Positions 54,058 to 63,446 of a stretch of DNA of 64,000 nt are shown here, in pieces. The translations under genes and the position numbers were made by a program. Source of the stretch: Minisyncoccota bacterium. GTDB taxonomy: Bacteria > Patescibacteriota > Minisyncoccia > UBA6257 > 2-01-FULL-56-20. Location: contig JALHNY010000001.1 in assembly GCA_022843285.1 (NCBI GenBank), positions 15,128 through 79,127 on the forward strand, in the 5' to 3' direction. The notes under the pieces were generated by a model. The model had not been told where the DNA came from. It did not search any database and saw nothing but the letters and a program-made list of their open reading frames with translations. The stretch's first letter is position 1; each line of letters opens with the position of its first letter.

Positions 54058-54558
54058 ATGGAAGAAGAACACAACAACCAGGGAGAGCAGGGGGGCGCCG
54101 CCCCAGAGCTGAGCCCCGTTGAAAAGGAGCGGGACGAGTACCGGGACGGGTGGCAGCGCGCCAAAGCCGACCTCATCAACTACAAGCGGCAGGAGGCGGA
54201 GCGCGTGACCCACGCCATCTCGGTCGGGATGAGCAACCTCATCGAGGACATGCTCCTCGTCCTGGACAGCTTCACCCTCGCGCGCACGACGCTCGAGCCC
54301 GGGTCTCCCGCGGAGCAGGGCATGGCGATGATTCGCTCCCAGCTCCTCGAGGTGCTCAAGCGGTACGGGCTGGAGCCCATCCCCGCAGCGGAGCTCACGG
54401 ACAAGCCGTTCGACCCCGCCACCTCGGAAGCCATCGGCACGATGCCCGCGGAGGGCAGGGAGGAGGGGACCGTCCTCTCCATCGCGCAGGACGGGTACCG
54501 CATGCACGGCAAAGTGCTCCGCCCCGCCCGCGTCTACGTATCAGGAAGCCAGCAGTAA
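54058..54558 (+). CDS. grpE: nucleotide exchange factor GrpE
   Basis: Coiled-coil N-terminus plus GrpE beta-domain; operon position. Confidence 0.9.
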   Translation: MEEEHNNQGEQGGAAPELSPVEKERDEYRDGWQRAKADLINYKRQEAERVTHAISVGMSNLIEDMLLVLDSFTLARTTLEPGSPAEQGMAMIRSQLLEVLKRYGLEPIPAAELTDKPFDPATSEAIGTMPAEGREEGTVLSIAQDGYRMHGKVLRPARVYVSGSQQ

Positions 54559-54572
54559 CCAACACCACACCA

Positions 54573-56450
54573 ATGCCCAAAATTATCGGAATCGACCTCG
54601 GAACCACCAACTCGGCCATCGCCGTCACCGACGGCGGCGAGCCGCGCATCCTCGAGAACCACGAGGGCAACCGCACCACGCCGTCCATCGTCGCGGTGAA
54701 CAAGGCGGGGGAGCGCCTCGTGGGGCTGCTCGCCAAGCGCCAGGCCATCACGAACCCGCAGAACACCATCTTCTCCGTGAAGCGCCTCATCGGGCGCCCC
54801 TTCGACGACCCGGAGGTGCAGCGCGACAAGACCTGGCTCCCGTACGAGATCCGGAAGGCACCCAACGGCGGCGTGGAGGTGAAGCTCGGCGAGGAGTGGC
54901 ACACCCCTGAGGCGGTGTCGTCCTTCATCCTCGCGAAGCTCAAGGCGGACGCCGAGGCGAAGCTCGGCGAGAAGGTGACCGAGGCGGTCATCACGGTGCC
55001 GGCGTACTTCGACGACGCCCAGCGCCAGGCTACCAAGAACGCGGGTGAGATCGCCGGCCTCACCGTGCGCCGCATCATCAACGAGCCGACCGCAGCCGCG
55101 CTCGCGTACGGCCTGAACCGCAACAAGCACGAGAAGGTCGTGGTGTACGACTTCGGCGGCGGCACGTTCGACGTGTCCGTCCTCGACATTGCCGACGACA
55201 CCGTGGAGGTGGTCGCGACCGGCGGCGACACGCACCTCGGCGGCGACGACTTCGACAACAAGATTCACGAGTACCTCATGGGTGAGTACAAGAAGCAGGA
55301 GGGCATCGACCTCTCCAAGGACCCGCTCGCGCTGCAGCGCATCAAGGAGGCGGCGGAGCGCGCCAAGCACGAGCTCTCCTCGAGCACCGAGACGGAGATC
55401 AACATCCCGTACATCACGAGCGACGCGTCAGGGCCCAAGCACTTCATGCTGAAGATGACCCGCGCCAAGCTCGAGGAGCTCACCCGTGAGCTCGTGGAGC
55501 GCTCCGTTGAGATCACCAGGGAGGTGGTTACGGCAGCCGCGCCGAAGGGCGCCGGCTTCCAGCTCTCGGACATCGCCGAGATCATCCTCGTGGGCGGCCA
55601 GACGCGCATGCCGAGCATCCAGGAGGCGGTGAAGAACCTCTTCGGCAAGGAGCCGCACCGCGGCATCAACCCGGACGAGGTCGTCTCGCTCGGCGCGGCC
55701 GTACAGGCGGGCATCCTGCAGGGCGACGTGAAGGACATCCTGCTCCTCGACGTCACCCCGCTGACGCTCTCCATCGAGACGATGGGTGGCGTCGCGACGC
55801 CGATGATCGAGAAGAACACGACCGTCCCGACGAACAAGACGCAGACCTTCTCCACCGCCGCGGACAACCAGCCTTCCGTCGAGGTGCACATCCTCCAGGG
55901 GGAGCGCCCCATGGCGGCGGACAACAAGACGCTCGCGCGCTTCATGCTGGACGGCATCCCGCCGGCGCCGCGCGGCGTGCCGCAGATTGAGGTCAGCTTC
56001 GACATCGACGCCAACGGCATTCTGAACGTCTCCGCCAAGGACAAGGCGAGCGGCAAGACGCAGTCCGTCCGCATCGAGGCATCCACCTCGCTCTCCAAGG
56101 AGGAGATCGAGAAGCTCAAGGCGGACGCGGAGGCGCACGCCGCCGAGGACGCCAAGCGCCGCGAGCTCGTGGATGCCAAGAACCACGCCGAGTCGCTCGC
56201 GTACTCCGCGGAGAAGGCGCTCGCCGACGCGGGGGACAAGGTCCCCGCGGACGTGAAGTCCGGCGTCGAGGAGAAGGTGAAGGCCGTGCGGGACGCGCTC
56301 GCCGGGGAGGACCTCGCCGCTATCAAATCCACCTCTGAGGCGCTAAACTCAGAGATGCAAAAGATCGGCGAAGCGGTCTACAAACAGAACGACAGTGCTG
56401 CTACTGAACCCGGAACACCTGAAGGCGACGCAGGACCCGCTGCTGCCTAG
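54573..56450 (+). CDS. dnaK: molecular chaperone DnaK (Hsp70)
   Basis: [18 protein letters not shown] and the usual Hsp70 signatures. The ORF-track start at 54150 is an upstream extension overlapping grpE and was rejected. Confidence 0.95.
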   Translation: MPKIIGIDLGTTNSAIAVTDGGEPRILENHEGNRTTPSIVAVNKAGERLVGLLAKRQAITNPQNTIFSVKRLIGRPFDDPEVQRDKTWLPYEIRKAPNGGVEVKLGEEWHTPEAVSSFILAKLKADAEAKLGEKVTEAVITVPAYFDDAQRQATKNAGEIAGLTVRRIINEPTAAALAYGLNRNKHEKVVVYDFGGGTFDVSVLDIADDTVEVVATGGDTHLGGDDFDNKIHEYLMGEYKKQEGIDLSKDPLALQRIKEAAERAKHELSSSTETEINIPYITSDASGPKHFMLKMTRAKLEELTRELVERSVEITREVVTAAAPKGAGFQLSDIAEIILVGGQTRMPSIQEAVKNLFGKEPHRGINPDEVVSLGAAVQAGILQGDVKDILLLDVTPLTLSIETMGGVATPMIEKNTTVPTNKTQTFSTAADNQPSVEVHILQGERPMAADNKTLARFMLDGIPPAPRGVPQIEVSFDIDANGILNVSAKDKASGKTQSVRIEASTSLSKEEIEKLKADAEAHAAEDAKRRELVDAKNHAESLAYSAEKALADAGDKVPADVKSGVEEKVKAVRDALAGEDLAAIKSTSEALNSEMQKIGEAVYKQNDSAATEPGTPEGDAGPAAA

Positions 56451-57414
56451 GGAGCACCTCGCGCCCACGTACGCGGCCATCGTCCGGCTGACCGCCGCCG
56501 CCGTCACGGGCATCGTGGGCCTGACCATCGGGTACGGCGTGAACGCGTACCTCGCCGGTGCCTGGCCCTTCTGGGGCACCGTGATCCCCATCGCGGCGTT
56601 CTGCTTCGCGGCGACCCTCACCACCGTCATCGTGGACGACACGCGGTGGCACCTGCTCTTCAGCGCGTTCTGGGGCGTGTGCGTCACGCTCGCGCTCCCG
56701 TGGCGCACCGCCTCCGAGGCCGCGCTCCTGGCGCTCATCGTCGCGGCCTTCGCCATGGGCGCGTACTGGGCGTACCGCACCACGAGCAGCACGTACACGA
56801 CGCTCCACCTCTTCACCCTGACGCGCAAGTACACGTCCACGCTCGCGACGGGCGTCATCATCGCGCTCATCGTGCTGTACGGCGCGGCGGTCTCGCGCGG
56901 CTCCGCGCTCCTGCCGCAGGGCGTGCTCGCGAACCTCACGGACCAGGCGGTGCGCATCGTGCCGACGCTCATCCCGGGTGCACAGCCGTCCTCGCCGACC
57001 TCGACGCTCTCCGTGGGCGACCTCGCCATGGCGTCCGCCCGCGCGCAGCTCGAGGCGGACCCGCGCTTCCGCGCGCTCGGCCCCGAGGACCAGGCGCGCG
57101 TGCTGGCGGAGGCGGCCCGCGCGGCTGCTGACGGCGTCATCAAGCAGCTCGGCACCGGCGGCAGCGCGAGCTCCAGCGTCGGCCACGTGGCGCAGGGCGC
57201 CTTCTCCAACATCCTGCAGGGGTTCCAGGATCGCTACGGCTGGTACTTCACCATCGCGTGGCTGCTCGGCGCGTTCTTCATCGCGCGCTCCGCGGCGGTG
57301 CTCCTGACCATCGCGGTCGCCGTGCTGGTCTGGATGGTGGTCCTCGTCGCGGTCTCCGCCGGTCTCCTCCGCATAGAGGCCATCCCGTCCCTCCACGAGC
57401 GCGTCACACTCTGA
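56395..57414 (+). CDS. hypothetical polytopic membrane protein inserted between dnaK and dnaJ
   Basis: 339-aa ORF with at least 6 hydrophobic helices; probable GTG start overlapping the dnaK 3' end. Confidence 0.55.
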   Translation: MLLLNPEHLKATQDPLLPREHLAPTYAAIVRLTAAAVTGIVGLTIGYGVNAYLAGAWPFWGTVIPIAAFCFAATLTTVIVDDTRWHLLFSAFWGVCVTLALPWRTASEAALLALIVAAFAMGAYWAYRTTSSTYTTLHLFTLTRKYTSTLATGVIIALIVLYGAAVSRGSALLPQGVLANLTDQAVRIVPTLIPGAQPSSPTSTLSVGDLAMASARAQLEADPRFRALGPEDQARVLAEAARAAADGVIKQLGTGGSASSSVGHVAQGAFSNILQGFQDRYGWYFTIAWLLGAFFIARSAAVLLTIAVAVLVWMVVLVAVSAGLLRIEAIPSLHERVTL

Positions 57415-57417
57415 GGC

Positions 57418-58476
57418 ATGGCTAAGGACTACTACTCAGTACTGGGCGTCTCCCGCACCGCCTCCCAAGACGACATCAAAAAGGCGTACCGGAAGGCCGC
57501 GCACCAGCACCACCCCGACAAGGAGGGCGGCGACGAGGCGCGCTTCAAGGAGATCAACGAGGCGTACCAGGTGCTCGGCAACGCCGAGAAGCGCGCCCGC
57601 TACGACCGCACGGGTTCCGCCGAGGACATTCCCGGGTACGGGGGGTTCGGCGGCTTCGGCGCGGAGGGCTTCAACGTGAACATCGAGGACCTGGGAGACC
57701 TGTTCTCGTCTGTCTTCTCCGGCGGCTTCGGGGGAACCGCGCGCCGCGAGGAGCGCGGGCGCGATCTGCACGTCGAGGTGATGGTCACGCTCGAGGACGC
57801 GTTCCGCGGCGGCACGCACCAGTTCACGATTCCGGCGCTCGTGCAATGCGGGAAGTGCAAGGGTGAGGGTACCGCCGATGGGTCCAAGCTGCACACCTGC
57901 GCGAAGTGCGCGGGCAAGGGGCAGGTGACGCAGACCCGCCGCGTGCTTTTTGGGCAGTTCCAGCAGGTGGTCTCGTGCGACGCGTGCGACGGTACGGGCA
58001 AGGTTCCGGAGAAGCCCTGCCCGGACTGCTCCGGCGCCGGGCGCAAGAAGGGGGAGCGGCACGTCTCCGTGCAGTTCGAGCCTGGCATCGGGGACGGCCA
58101 GGTGCTCGCCGTCGCCGGCATGGGGGACGCGGGGCGCCGCGGGCAGCCGAGTGGGAACCTCGGCGTGCGCATCCGCGTGGCGCGGCACGCGGCGTTCTCA
58201 CGCGACGGGGACGACCTCATCACGCGCGTGAAGGTGAGTCCGCTCCAGCTGCTGCGCCATGACCCGATTCCCGTGCCCGTGATTGATGGGGCGAAGGTGA
58301 ACGTGGATCTGGGTAGTGGCGTGGATCTCGCCGAGCGGTACCGCGTGAAGGGACAGGGCATGCCGCGGTACCGGAGCCGTGGCAGGGGAGACCTGTACGT
58401 GGAGTTCCACGTGGTGACCGGGAAGAAGCCCAACAAAAAGGAGATGGAAGGACTGGGGGAGTTGTTCGAGTCCTAG
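57418..58476 (+). CDS. dnaJ: molecular chaperone DnaJ
   Basis: J-domain with HPD, G/F region, four CxxCxGxG zinc repeats, and a C-terminal domain. Confidence 0.9.
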   Translation: MAKDYYSVLGVSRTASQDDIKKAYRKAAHQHHPDKEGGDEARFKEINEAYQVLGNAEKRARYDRTGSAEDIPGYGGFGGFGAEGFNVNIEDLGDLFSSVFSGGFGGTARREERGRDLHVEVMVTLEDAFRGGTHQFTIPALVQCGKCKGEGTADGSKLHTCAKCAGKGQVTQTRRVLFGQFQQVVSCDACDGTGKVPEKPCPDCSGAGRKKGERHVSVQFEPGIGDGQVLAVAGMGDAGRRGQPSGNLGVRIRVARHAAFSRDGDDLITRVKVSPLQLLRHDPIPVPVIDGAKVNVDLGSGVDLAERYRVKGQGMPRYRSRGRGDLYVEFHVVTGKKPNKKEMEGLGELFES

Positions 58477-58513
58477 TCCCGCAGCAGCCACTTTTATGGT
58501 CTAAAATTGAATT

Positions 58514-59410
58514 ATGGAGCGAATCAAAACACCCACGTTTGAGTTGGCAGTTCTCATGCGTGGTGATGAGAAGGCAGAGCAATTAGCCCTGCTCCTTCCA
58601 GGGCGCCTTGATACGAAAGACTACGTGAGCTTTACAAGCCTTGCAGATGAGCTTGCCGAACGGGGATGGCTTGCTGTGGCTTTTGATCCGCCAGGCACGT
58701 GGGAGAGCGGTGGTGAGATAAGCGATTTCACGACAACTAACTACCTGCAGGCCGTACGCGAACTTGTAGAGTACTTTGGCAATCGACCCACTGTGTTGAT
58801 CGGTCACAGCAGGGGAGGCGCCGTTGCCATGTTGCTCGGGCAATCTTTGCCTGCGGTAATTGGCATCGCGATGCTCATGCCAAGCTTCAATGATCCGACT
58901 CCGCCAGATGAGAATGCGGTACAGGCTGGCTTCAAGGTCTCACGCAGAGATTTGCCGCCTGGCTCGCAGAAGACGGACGCGCAGAAAGAATTCGCTTTGC
59001 CTGTGAGCTATTGGGAAGATGGCAAGAAGTATCATCCAGTAGAAGTTTTATTAGAAACAATGAAGCCTAAGCTGATTGTTTACGCCACTGAGGATGAATT
59101 CATGCAGGTCGAGGAAGCCAAGGAGGTATGCGACAAGCTACCTGAGCCAAAGAGGATTTATGAGGTAGAGGCGGTACATGACTATCGCTACCACCCCGCA
59201 GCAATCAAAGAAGTGAATGGGATCATCAAGGAATTTCTCACAAGCCTAGTTAGGAAATGCCAATGTGAGGAGCCGAATTGTGGAAAGTGTTTATCCATCA
59301 ATTGTCAAGATCATGATTGCCTCGTTCATACAAGAGAGGCGAAGGCGCGCTGGCGAAGAAACTGGGAGATGGCTAGCCGGAAGGAGTTTCCACACCCTAA
59401 GAATTACTAG
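58514..59410 (+). CDS. alpha/beta-fold hydrolase with Cys-rich C-terminal tail (first gene of low-GC island)
   Basis: Nucleophile elbow GHSRGG; C-terminal CQCEEPNCGKCLSINCQDHDC; GC about 50%. Confidence 0.7.
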   Translation: MERIKTPTFELAVLMRGDEKAEQLALLLPGRLDTKDYVSFTSLADELAERGWLAVAFDPPGTWESGGEISDFTTTNYLQAVRELVEYFGNRPTVLIGHSRGGAVAMLLGQSLPAVIGIAMLMPSFNDPTPPDENAVQAGFKVSRRDLPPGSQKTDAQKEFALPVSYWEDGKKYHPVEVLLETMKPKLIVYATEDEFMQVEEAKEVCDKLPEPKRIYEVEAVHDYRYHPAAIKEVNGIIKEFLTSLVRKCQCEEPNCGKCLSINCQDHDCLVHTREAKARWRRNWEMASRKEFPHPKNY

Positions 59411-59706
59411 AAATAGGTTCCAAGTTCGTCTAGCTTGGCCAGCTCGGAAGGTCTGATGAATCAGACCATGACACGTAAGGGAAAATAAGGGTTTTTAAGC
59501 GACTGTTTCGAGACCACGACCCTCGACCGATTTGAGACTCGAACCCGACCATGACGGGTGAGTATCTCAGAGGGTCAGCAGTCATAAACACCCCGTCTAA
59601 TGACCTAGATGGGTGAGATGTTTGAAGTCTGGTTGAAATACCTTGACTTTAGTTTTATATCGTCGCCTGACCTTTCGTTCGAGAGTATACTTAAGGTTAG
59701 TGCTTC

Positions 59707-62700
59707 ATGAAGAGAGCACAATCTATGGACGTTCTAAAACCTTCCATTCAAATAAAACCTCTAAGGTTCTCCGAGAACCCAGCTGATTACGCTCTCTATC
59801 GGGCGGCTTTGGAGTGGGATTTGATCGATCCTATTGTTATCGAGAGTCCGGAAGATCTGAAATCCACGCGGTCATGGGCCGACAAGGTTCAACCTTATCA
59901 GCATCAAGTATCAAACCTCATAAGTTTTTGTCGCCGCTTGCCTGTAACGCTTCTCGCAGATGATGTTGGTCTAGGCAAGACCATTAGTGCAGGATTGGTT
60001 GCCAGTGAATTAATTTCTCGGGGTCGTCTGTCAAAAATCCTCATAGTTGCGCCAAAGATACTCGGTCCTCAATGGCAGGAAGAGTTGGAAACGAAATTCG
60101 GAATACCTTCAATCATTGCGACTGGAAAGGGTCTACTGGATGCAGAACCGCCTGGTGATATAGGTGCCGTCATAACTACCTATAATTCCGCGCGAATGTA
60201 TCTGACTCGACTCCGAGATGCGGGGTTCGACATGTTGATACTCGACGAAGCCCACAAGCTCAGAAACTTGTATGGTACTGATACTGCGCCCCAAGTAGCT
60301 TTGCGTTTCAAAGAGATTTTGGCCGATCGAGTTTTTAAGTACGTTCTTCTTCTTACTGCTACCCCGATTCAAAATAGACTTTGGGATTTATATTCGCTTG
60401 TTGAACTTCTTACGGTTGCACGTGGCCACGAGAATCCGTTCGGCAATCCAGGCACGTTTTCAAGAAAGTTTATCGCCGACAATCGGACAGATGCGCGCAA
60501 GCTCAATACGGAAGCGCAAGAAGAGTTTCGTTCGATTATTTATGGCTACATGTCTCGAGTGCGACGTGGAGACGCAGATCTGCATTTCCCAGGAAGAGAA
60601 GTTCAACTTCACTCAGTAAATCCTTCCCCGGGTGAATTGGAGTTGATTAAGGTTGTTGCCACGTATATTGGAGATTTGGATAGGCTTACTCAGATAAATA
60701 TCCTGAAGACTTTGGTCAGTAGCCCTGAGGCACTCACTATCATGCTTAAAGGGATGGCCGAACGGGGAACGGTAAAGAAGGAATTTGCCGTTGCAGTAAA
60801 GGAGGTTGCCAAGACGATCTCGCTCACATCAAAGTTGCAGGGCCTGGAAACGTTAGTCGACAAACTAAGGGCAGAAAAACCGACCCAGTGGCGCATGGTC
60901 GTTTTTACGACACGGATTGAGACACAAACTTCAATTCAGAATTTCTTGGAAGAACGAGGCATTAGTTGTGGACTCATAAACGGCACGACCGGCTCCACGA
61001 ATAAAGATACTCTTGAGAAGTTCCGGAAAGATGACCCAGAAATCAACGTAATGATATCTACGGAAGCCGGAGCAGAAGGCGTCAACTTGCAGGTTGCAAA
61101 TGTCTTGGTCAACTACGACTTGCCTTGGAATCCGATGATTGTTGAGCAACGTATTGGTCGCGTACAACGTCTCGGCTCGGTTCATGAAAAAGTGTGCATC
61201 TTCAATATCGTCCTCAAGGATACATTTGAGGACTATATCGTTGGTCGCTTGATGGAGAAATTGCAAATGGCTTCGCATGCTATCGGCGATATCGAGTCGT
61301 TGCTTGAGGCCTCGGGACTTGGAGAAGGTGAAGATAGTTCGGAAGTATTTGAGCAAAAGGTACTCAAGCTTGTTCTCGCCTCATTGCAGGGCAAAGACAT
61401 TGGGGAAGCAGCCAAAAGAGCGGAGCGGAGCATTGAGAATGCAAAAATCCAACTGGAGAAGGAAGAGGAAAATATCAATTCCATGCTCGGGAGCATGGAT
61501 GAATCCTATGACACAGGTCCCCAAAGTCCGATACTTCCAAAGGTTATCCGATCTATGGATGTTAAGGATTTCGTATTGTCTGGACTCAAGAGTTTGGGTG
61601 CAACACTGACACAAAAAACGCCTGAATTTTACCTCTCGGAACTCAACAAAAAGCAGGAGCTAATACGCTTCGACAATAATCTCAGCATTCCCGTCGCAGA
61701 TGGTCCTTTACTTAGAAACGTTCTGTATGCGCCGGGCAGCCCAGCTTTTGAGAGATTGGTAAGTAAGGTAACGAACGTTGGTCTGCACCGTGTTGAGGAC
61801 GCTGATGCTAATCCGAAAGACAAGCTTGAGGCAATAGTGAAAGAATGGGTGGATAAAACAGGAGCGTCTTATCTTGGCTCAAAGATAACAGGTGTTCGAC
61901 GCACGTTCAGCGGCGCGGCACTAGTAAGGGTACGAGTGACTGTGGCTCATGATAGTTATGAACGCCTCGTTGAAATTCCCTGCTCCCACTCGGAGCATAT
62001 AGGGGAATCAACAAAACTGGCCTTGGATCCTCTCGATAACACGATACTTAATGAGCCATCGCTTATCGGCATATCTCCCGAGTTGCTGATCGACAGAGCT
62101 CTCCTTGATGCTGGCGTGTCGGAATTCTGTCGCTTTTACAGAGAGCGATTGTCTCAGGAGTTGAAGAATGCTGGGTTGGATCCTGCAAAAAAGAAGAAGA
62201 TAGAAGACGACTTTACTCCTCGTCTTGAGTGCGCGTTGGTTGGTCTGGAGGGATTCGTCCGGCGTCAGTTTGAAACGAATGCATCTTACCGATTTGGCGA
62301 GAGCGATGAAAATAGCAGTGCTCTAGAAGTATTGCCTTCTCTAGGGGAGACAGTTTCTGCTCCTAAGTTGGCAAAATGTGAGGAGACTGGGAAATCGGTG
62401 CCTGTTGATTGCCTCGATCGCTGCGATATTAGTCGTAAGAGAGTTCTGCGTTATCTGCTTGTGAAATCGGATACCAGCGACCGGAAAGCGTTGCAGAAAT
62501 ACATAGTCAAGTGCGAATACACTGGAAAGCATGTACTGAATGATGAAGTGGAGAAATCCGATGTTACTGGCCATATGGTTCTGGCCATGATGCTAAAAGA
62601 GTCTGCTCTTAGTGGCAAGAAGGGCGAACCCGATGCGTTTGGAAAATGCGATTTCACAGGCGCGGAACTCCTGTTGAGTGAGCTGGGCGTTAGCCAAGTA

Positions 62701-63444
62701 TCAGGGAAAACGTATCGTCTGGACGAAGCGGGTACTTCTTCGGTGTCAGGGAAGACTGGACATCGCACAGAGTTTGTTAAGTGCGTGGAGACAAATTCTC
62801 TCATCTTGCCGGAAGAATCGGAAATATGCGAAGTAACTGGAAAGGTAGTTACTAAGGGACTGCTGGAAGAGTGTGAAATATCTGGCAAGAAGGTATTGCC
62901 TTCAAAGCTGGAAACAAGTTCTCTGAGCGGAAAGAAGGCGCTCAAAAAGTACTTCGTTTCCAGTAGCATCTCTGACGCAAGACTACTGAAGGAAGAAGCA
63001 ATCAAATCTGCAGCTGGAAAGTTCTGCTTGCCTGTCGAGGCAAAGGAATGCGCATGGAGTCACAGACTTTGCCATATCGATGATTTGAAGTTTTGTTCTC
63101 TCACCAATCTAGCCTTTTACTTTCAGTTTATAAAAGAGAAAGATGCCCAATCTCGGCTAGAGGTTTTGTCTGATCTTTTGGATGAAGTCCAGAGGGGTCT
63201 TGAGATCGAGGTGACTGAGAATATGCGCACTAACCTTGCATTCGCTATAAAGCATAAGACCTGTGAAGTTGAATCAAACAAATCTAATCCGGACAAGAAA
63301 ATCATCGCTATCTGCTTCTCTGGCAAGTCGTTCCTCGGATTGAGGACTAGACATTTTGGCGCGCTTTACTCGCTTGATGCGGAGACTGTCGTAGGCAAGA
63401 TTGCCGAAGGCAGCAGAAACACTAACGGCTGGACGCCGAACTAA
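59707..63444 (+). CDS. SNF2-family (SWI2/SNF2) helicase/ATPase with ~600-aa C-terminal extension containing ~10 tandem 15-aa repeats
   Basis: Motif I LADDVGLGKT, motif II DMLILDEAHKLRN, motif III LLLTATPIQNRL, motif VI QRIGRVQRLGS. GC about 46%. Confidence 0.85.
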   Translation: MKRAQSMDVLKPSIQIKPLRFSENPADYALYRAALEWDLIDPIVIESPEDLKSTRSWADKVQPYQHQVSNLISFCRRLPVTLLADDVGLGKTISAGLVASELISRGRLSKILIVAPKILGPQWQEELETKFGIPSIIATGKGLLDAEPPGDIGAVITTYNSARMYLTRLRDAGFDMLILDEAHKLRNLYGTDTAPQVALRFKEILADRVFKYVLLLTATPIQNRLWDLYSLVELLTVARGHENPFGNPGTFSRKFIADNRTDARKLNTEAQEEFRSIIYGYMSRVRRGDADLHFPGREVQLHSVNPSPGELELIKVVATYIGDLDRLTQINILKTLVSSPEALTIMLKGMAERGTVKKEFAVAVKEVAKTISLTSKLQGLETLVDKLRAEKPTQWRMVVFTTRIETQTSIQNFLEERGISCGLINGTTGSTNKDTLEKFRKDDPEINVMISTEAGAEGVNLQVANVLVNYDLPWNPMIVEQRIGRVQRLGSVHEKVCIFNIVLKDTFEDYIVGRLMEKLQMASHAIGDIESLLEASGLGEGEDSSEVFEQKVLKLVLASLQGKDIGEAAKRAERSIENAKIQLEKEEENINSMLGSMDESYDTGPQSPILPKVIRSMDVKDFVLSGLKSLGATLTQKTPEFYLSELNKKQELIRFDNNLSIPVADGPLLRNVLYAPGSPAFERLVSKVTNVGLHRVEDADANPKDKLEAIVKEWVDKTGASYLGSKITGVRRTFSGAALVRVRVTVAHDSYERLVEIPCSHSEHIGESTKLALDPLDNTILNEPSLIGISPELLIDRALLDAGVSEFCRFYRERLSQELKNAGLDPAKKKKIEDDFTPRLECALVGLEGFVRRQFETNASYRFGESDENSSALEVLPSLGETVSAPKLAKCEETGKSVPVDCLDRCDISRKRVLRYLLVKSDTSDRKALQKYIVKCEYTGKHVLNDEVEKSDVTGHMVLAMMLKESALSGKKGEPDAFGKCDFTGAELLLSELGVSQVSGKTYRLDEAGTSSVSGKTGHRTEFVKCVETNSLILPEESEICEVTGKVVTKGLLEECEISGKKVLPSKLETSSLSGKKALKKYFVSSSISDARLLKEEAIKSAAGKFCLPVEAKECAWSHRLCHIDDLKFCSLTNLAFYFQFIKEKDAQSRLEVLSDLLDEVQRGLEIEVTENMRTNLAFAIKHKTCEVESNKSNPDKKIIAICFSGKSFLGLRTRHFGALYSLDAETVVGKIAEGSRNTNGWTPN
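62371..63090 (+). repeat. in-frame tandem 45-nt (15-aa) repeat region inside the SNF2 gene; consensus [KS][CS][DE].[TS]GK.VL
   Basis: Units are KCEETGKSV, KCEYTGKHV, SDVTGHMV, ALSGKKG, KCDFTGAEL, QVSGKTY, SVSGKTG, KCVETNSLI, ICEVTGKVV, CEISGKKV, SLSGKKA, at about 45-nt spacing. Confidence 0.6.
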
Positions 63445-63446
63445 AT

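Noticed and set aside
54150-54572. Upstream extension of the dnaK ORF (766-aa version) and the alternative 8705..9910 extension of miaA and 11237..11566 extension of serS
   Set aside because: The extensions overlap neighbouring genes in other frames, are Arg/Pro-rich junk, and the homologous proteins start at the internal Met given in the features.
59520-59580. tRNA-like fragment (CTCGAACCC, T-loop-like) in the island spacer that could mark an integration site
   Set aside because: No complementary T-stem or acceptor stem could be formed on either strand.
62371-63090. CRISPR-like periodicity
   Set aside because: The 45-nt periodicity is in-frame protein-coding tandem repeats with divergent units inside a long ORF, not identical direct repeats with spacers. 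No CRISPR array exists anywhere in the window.
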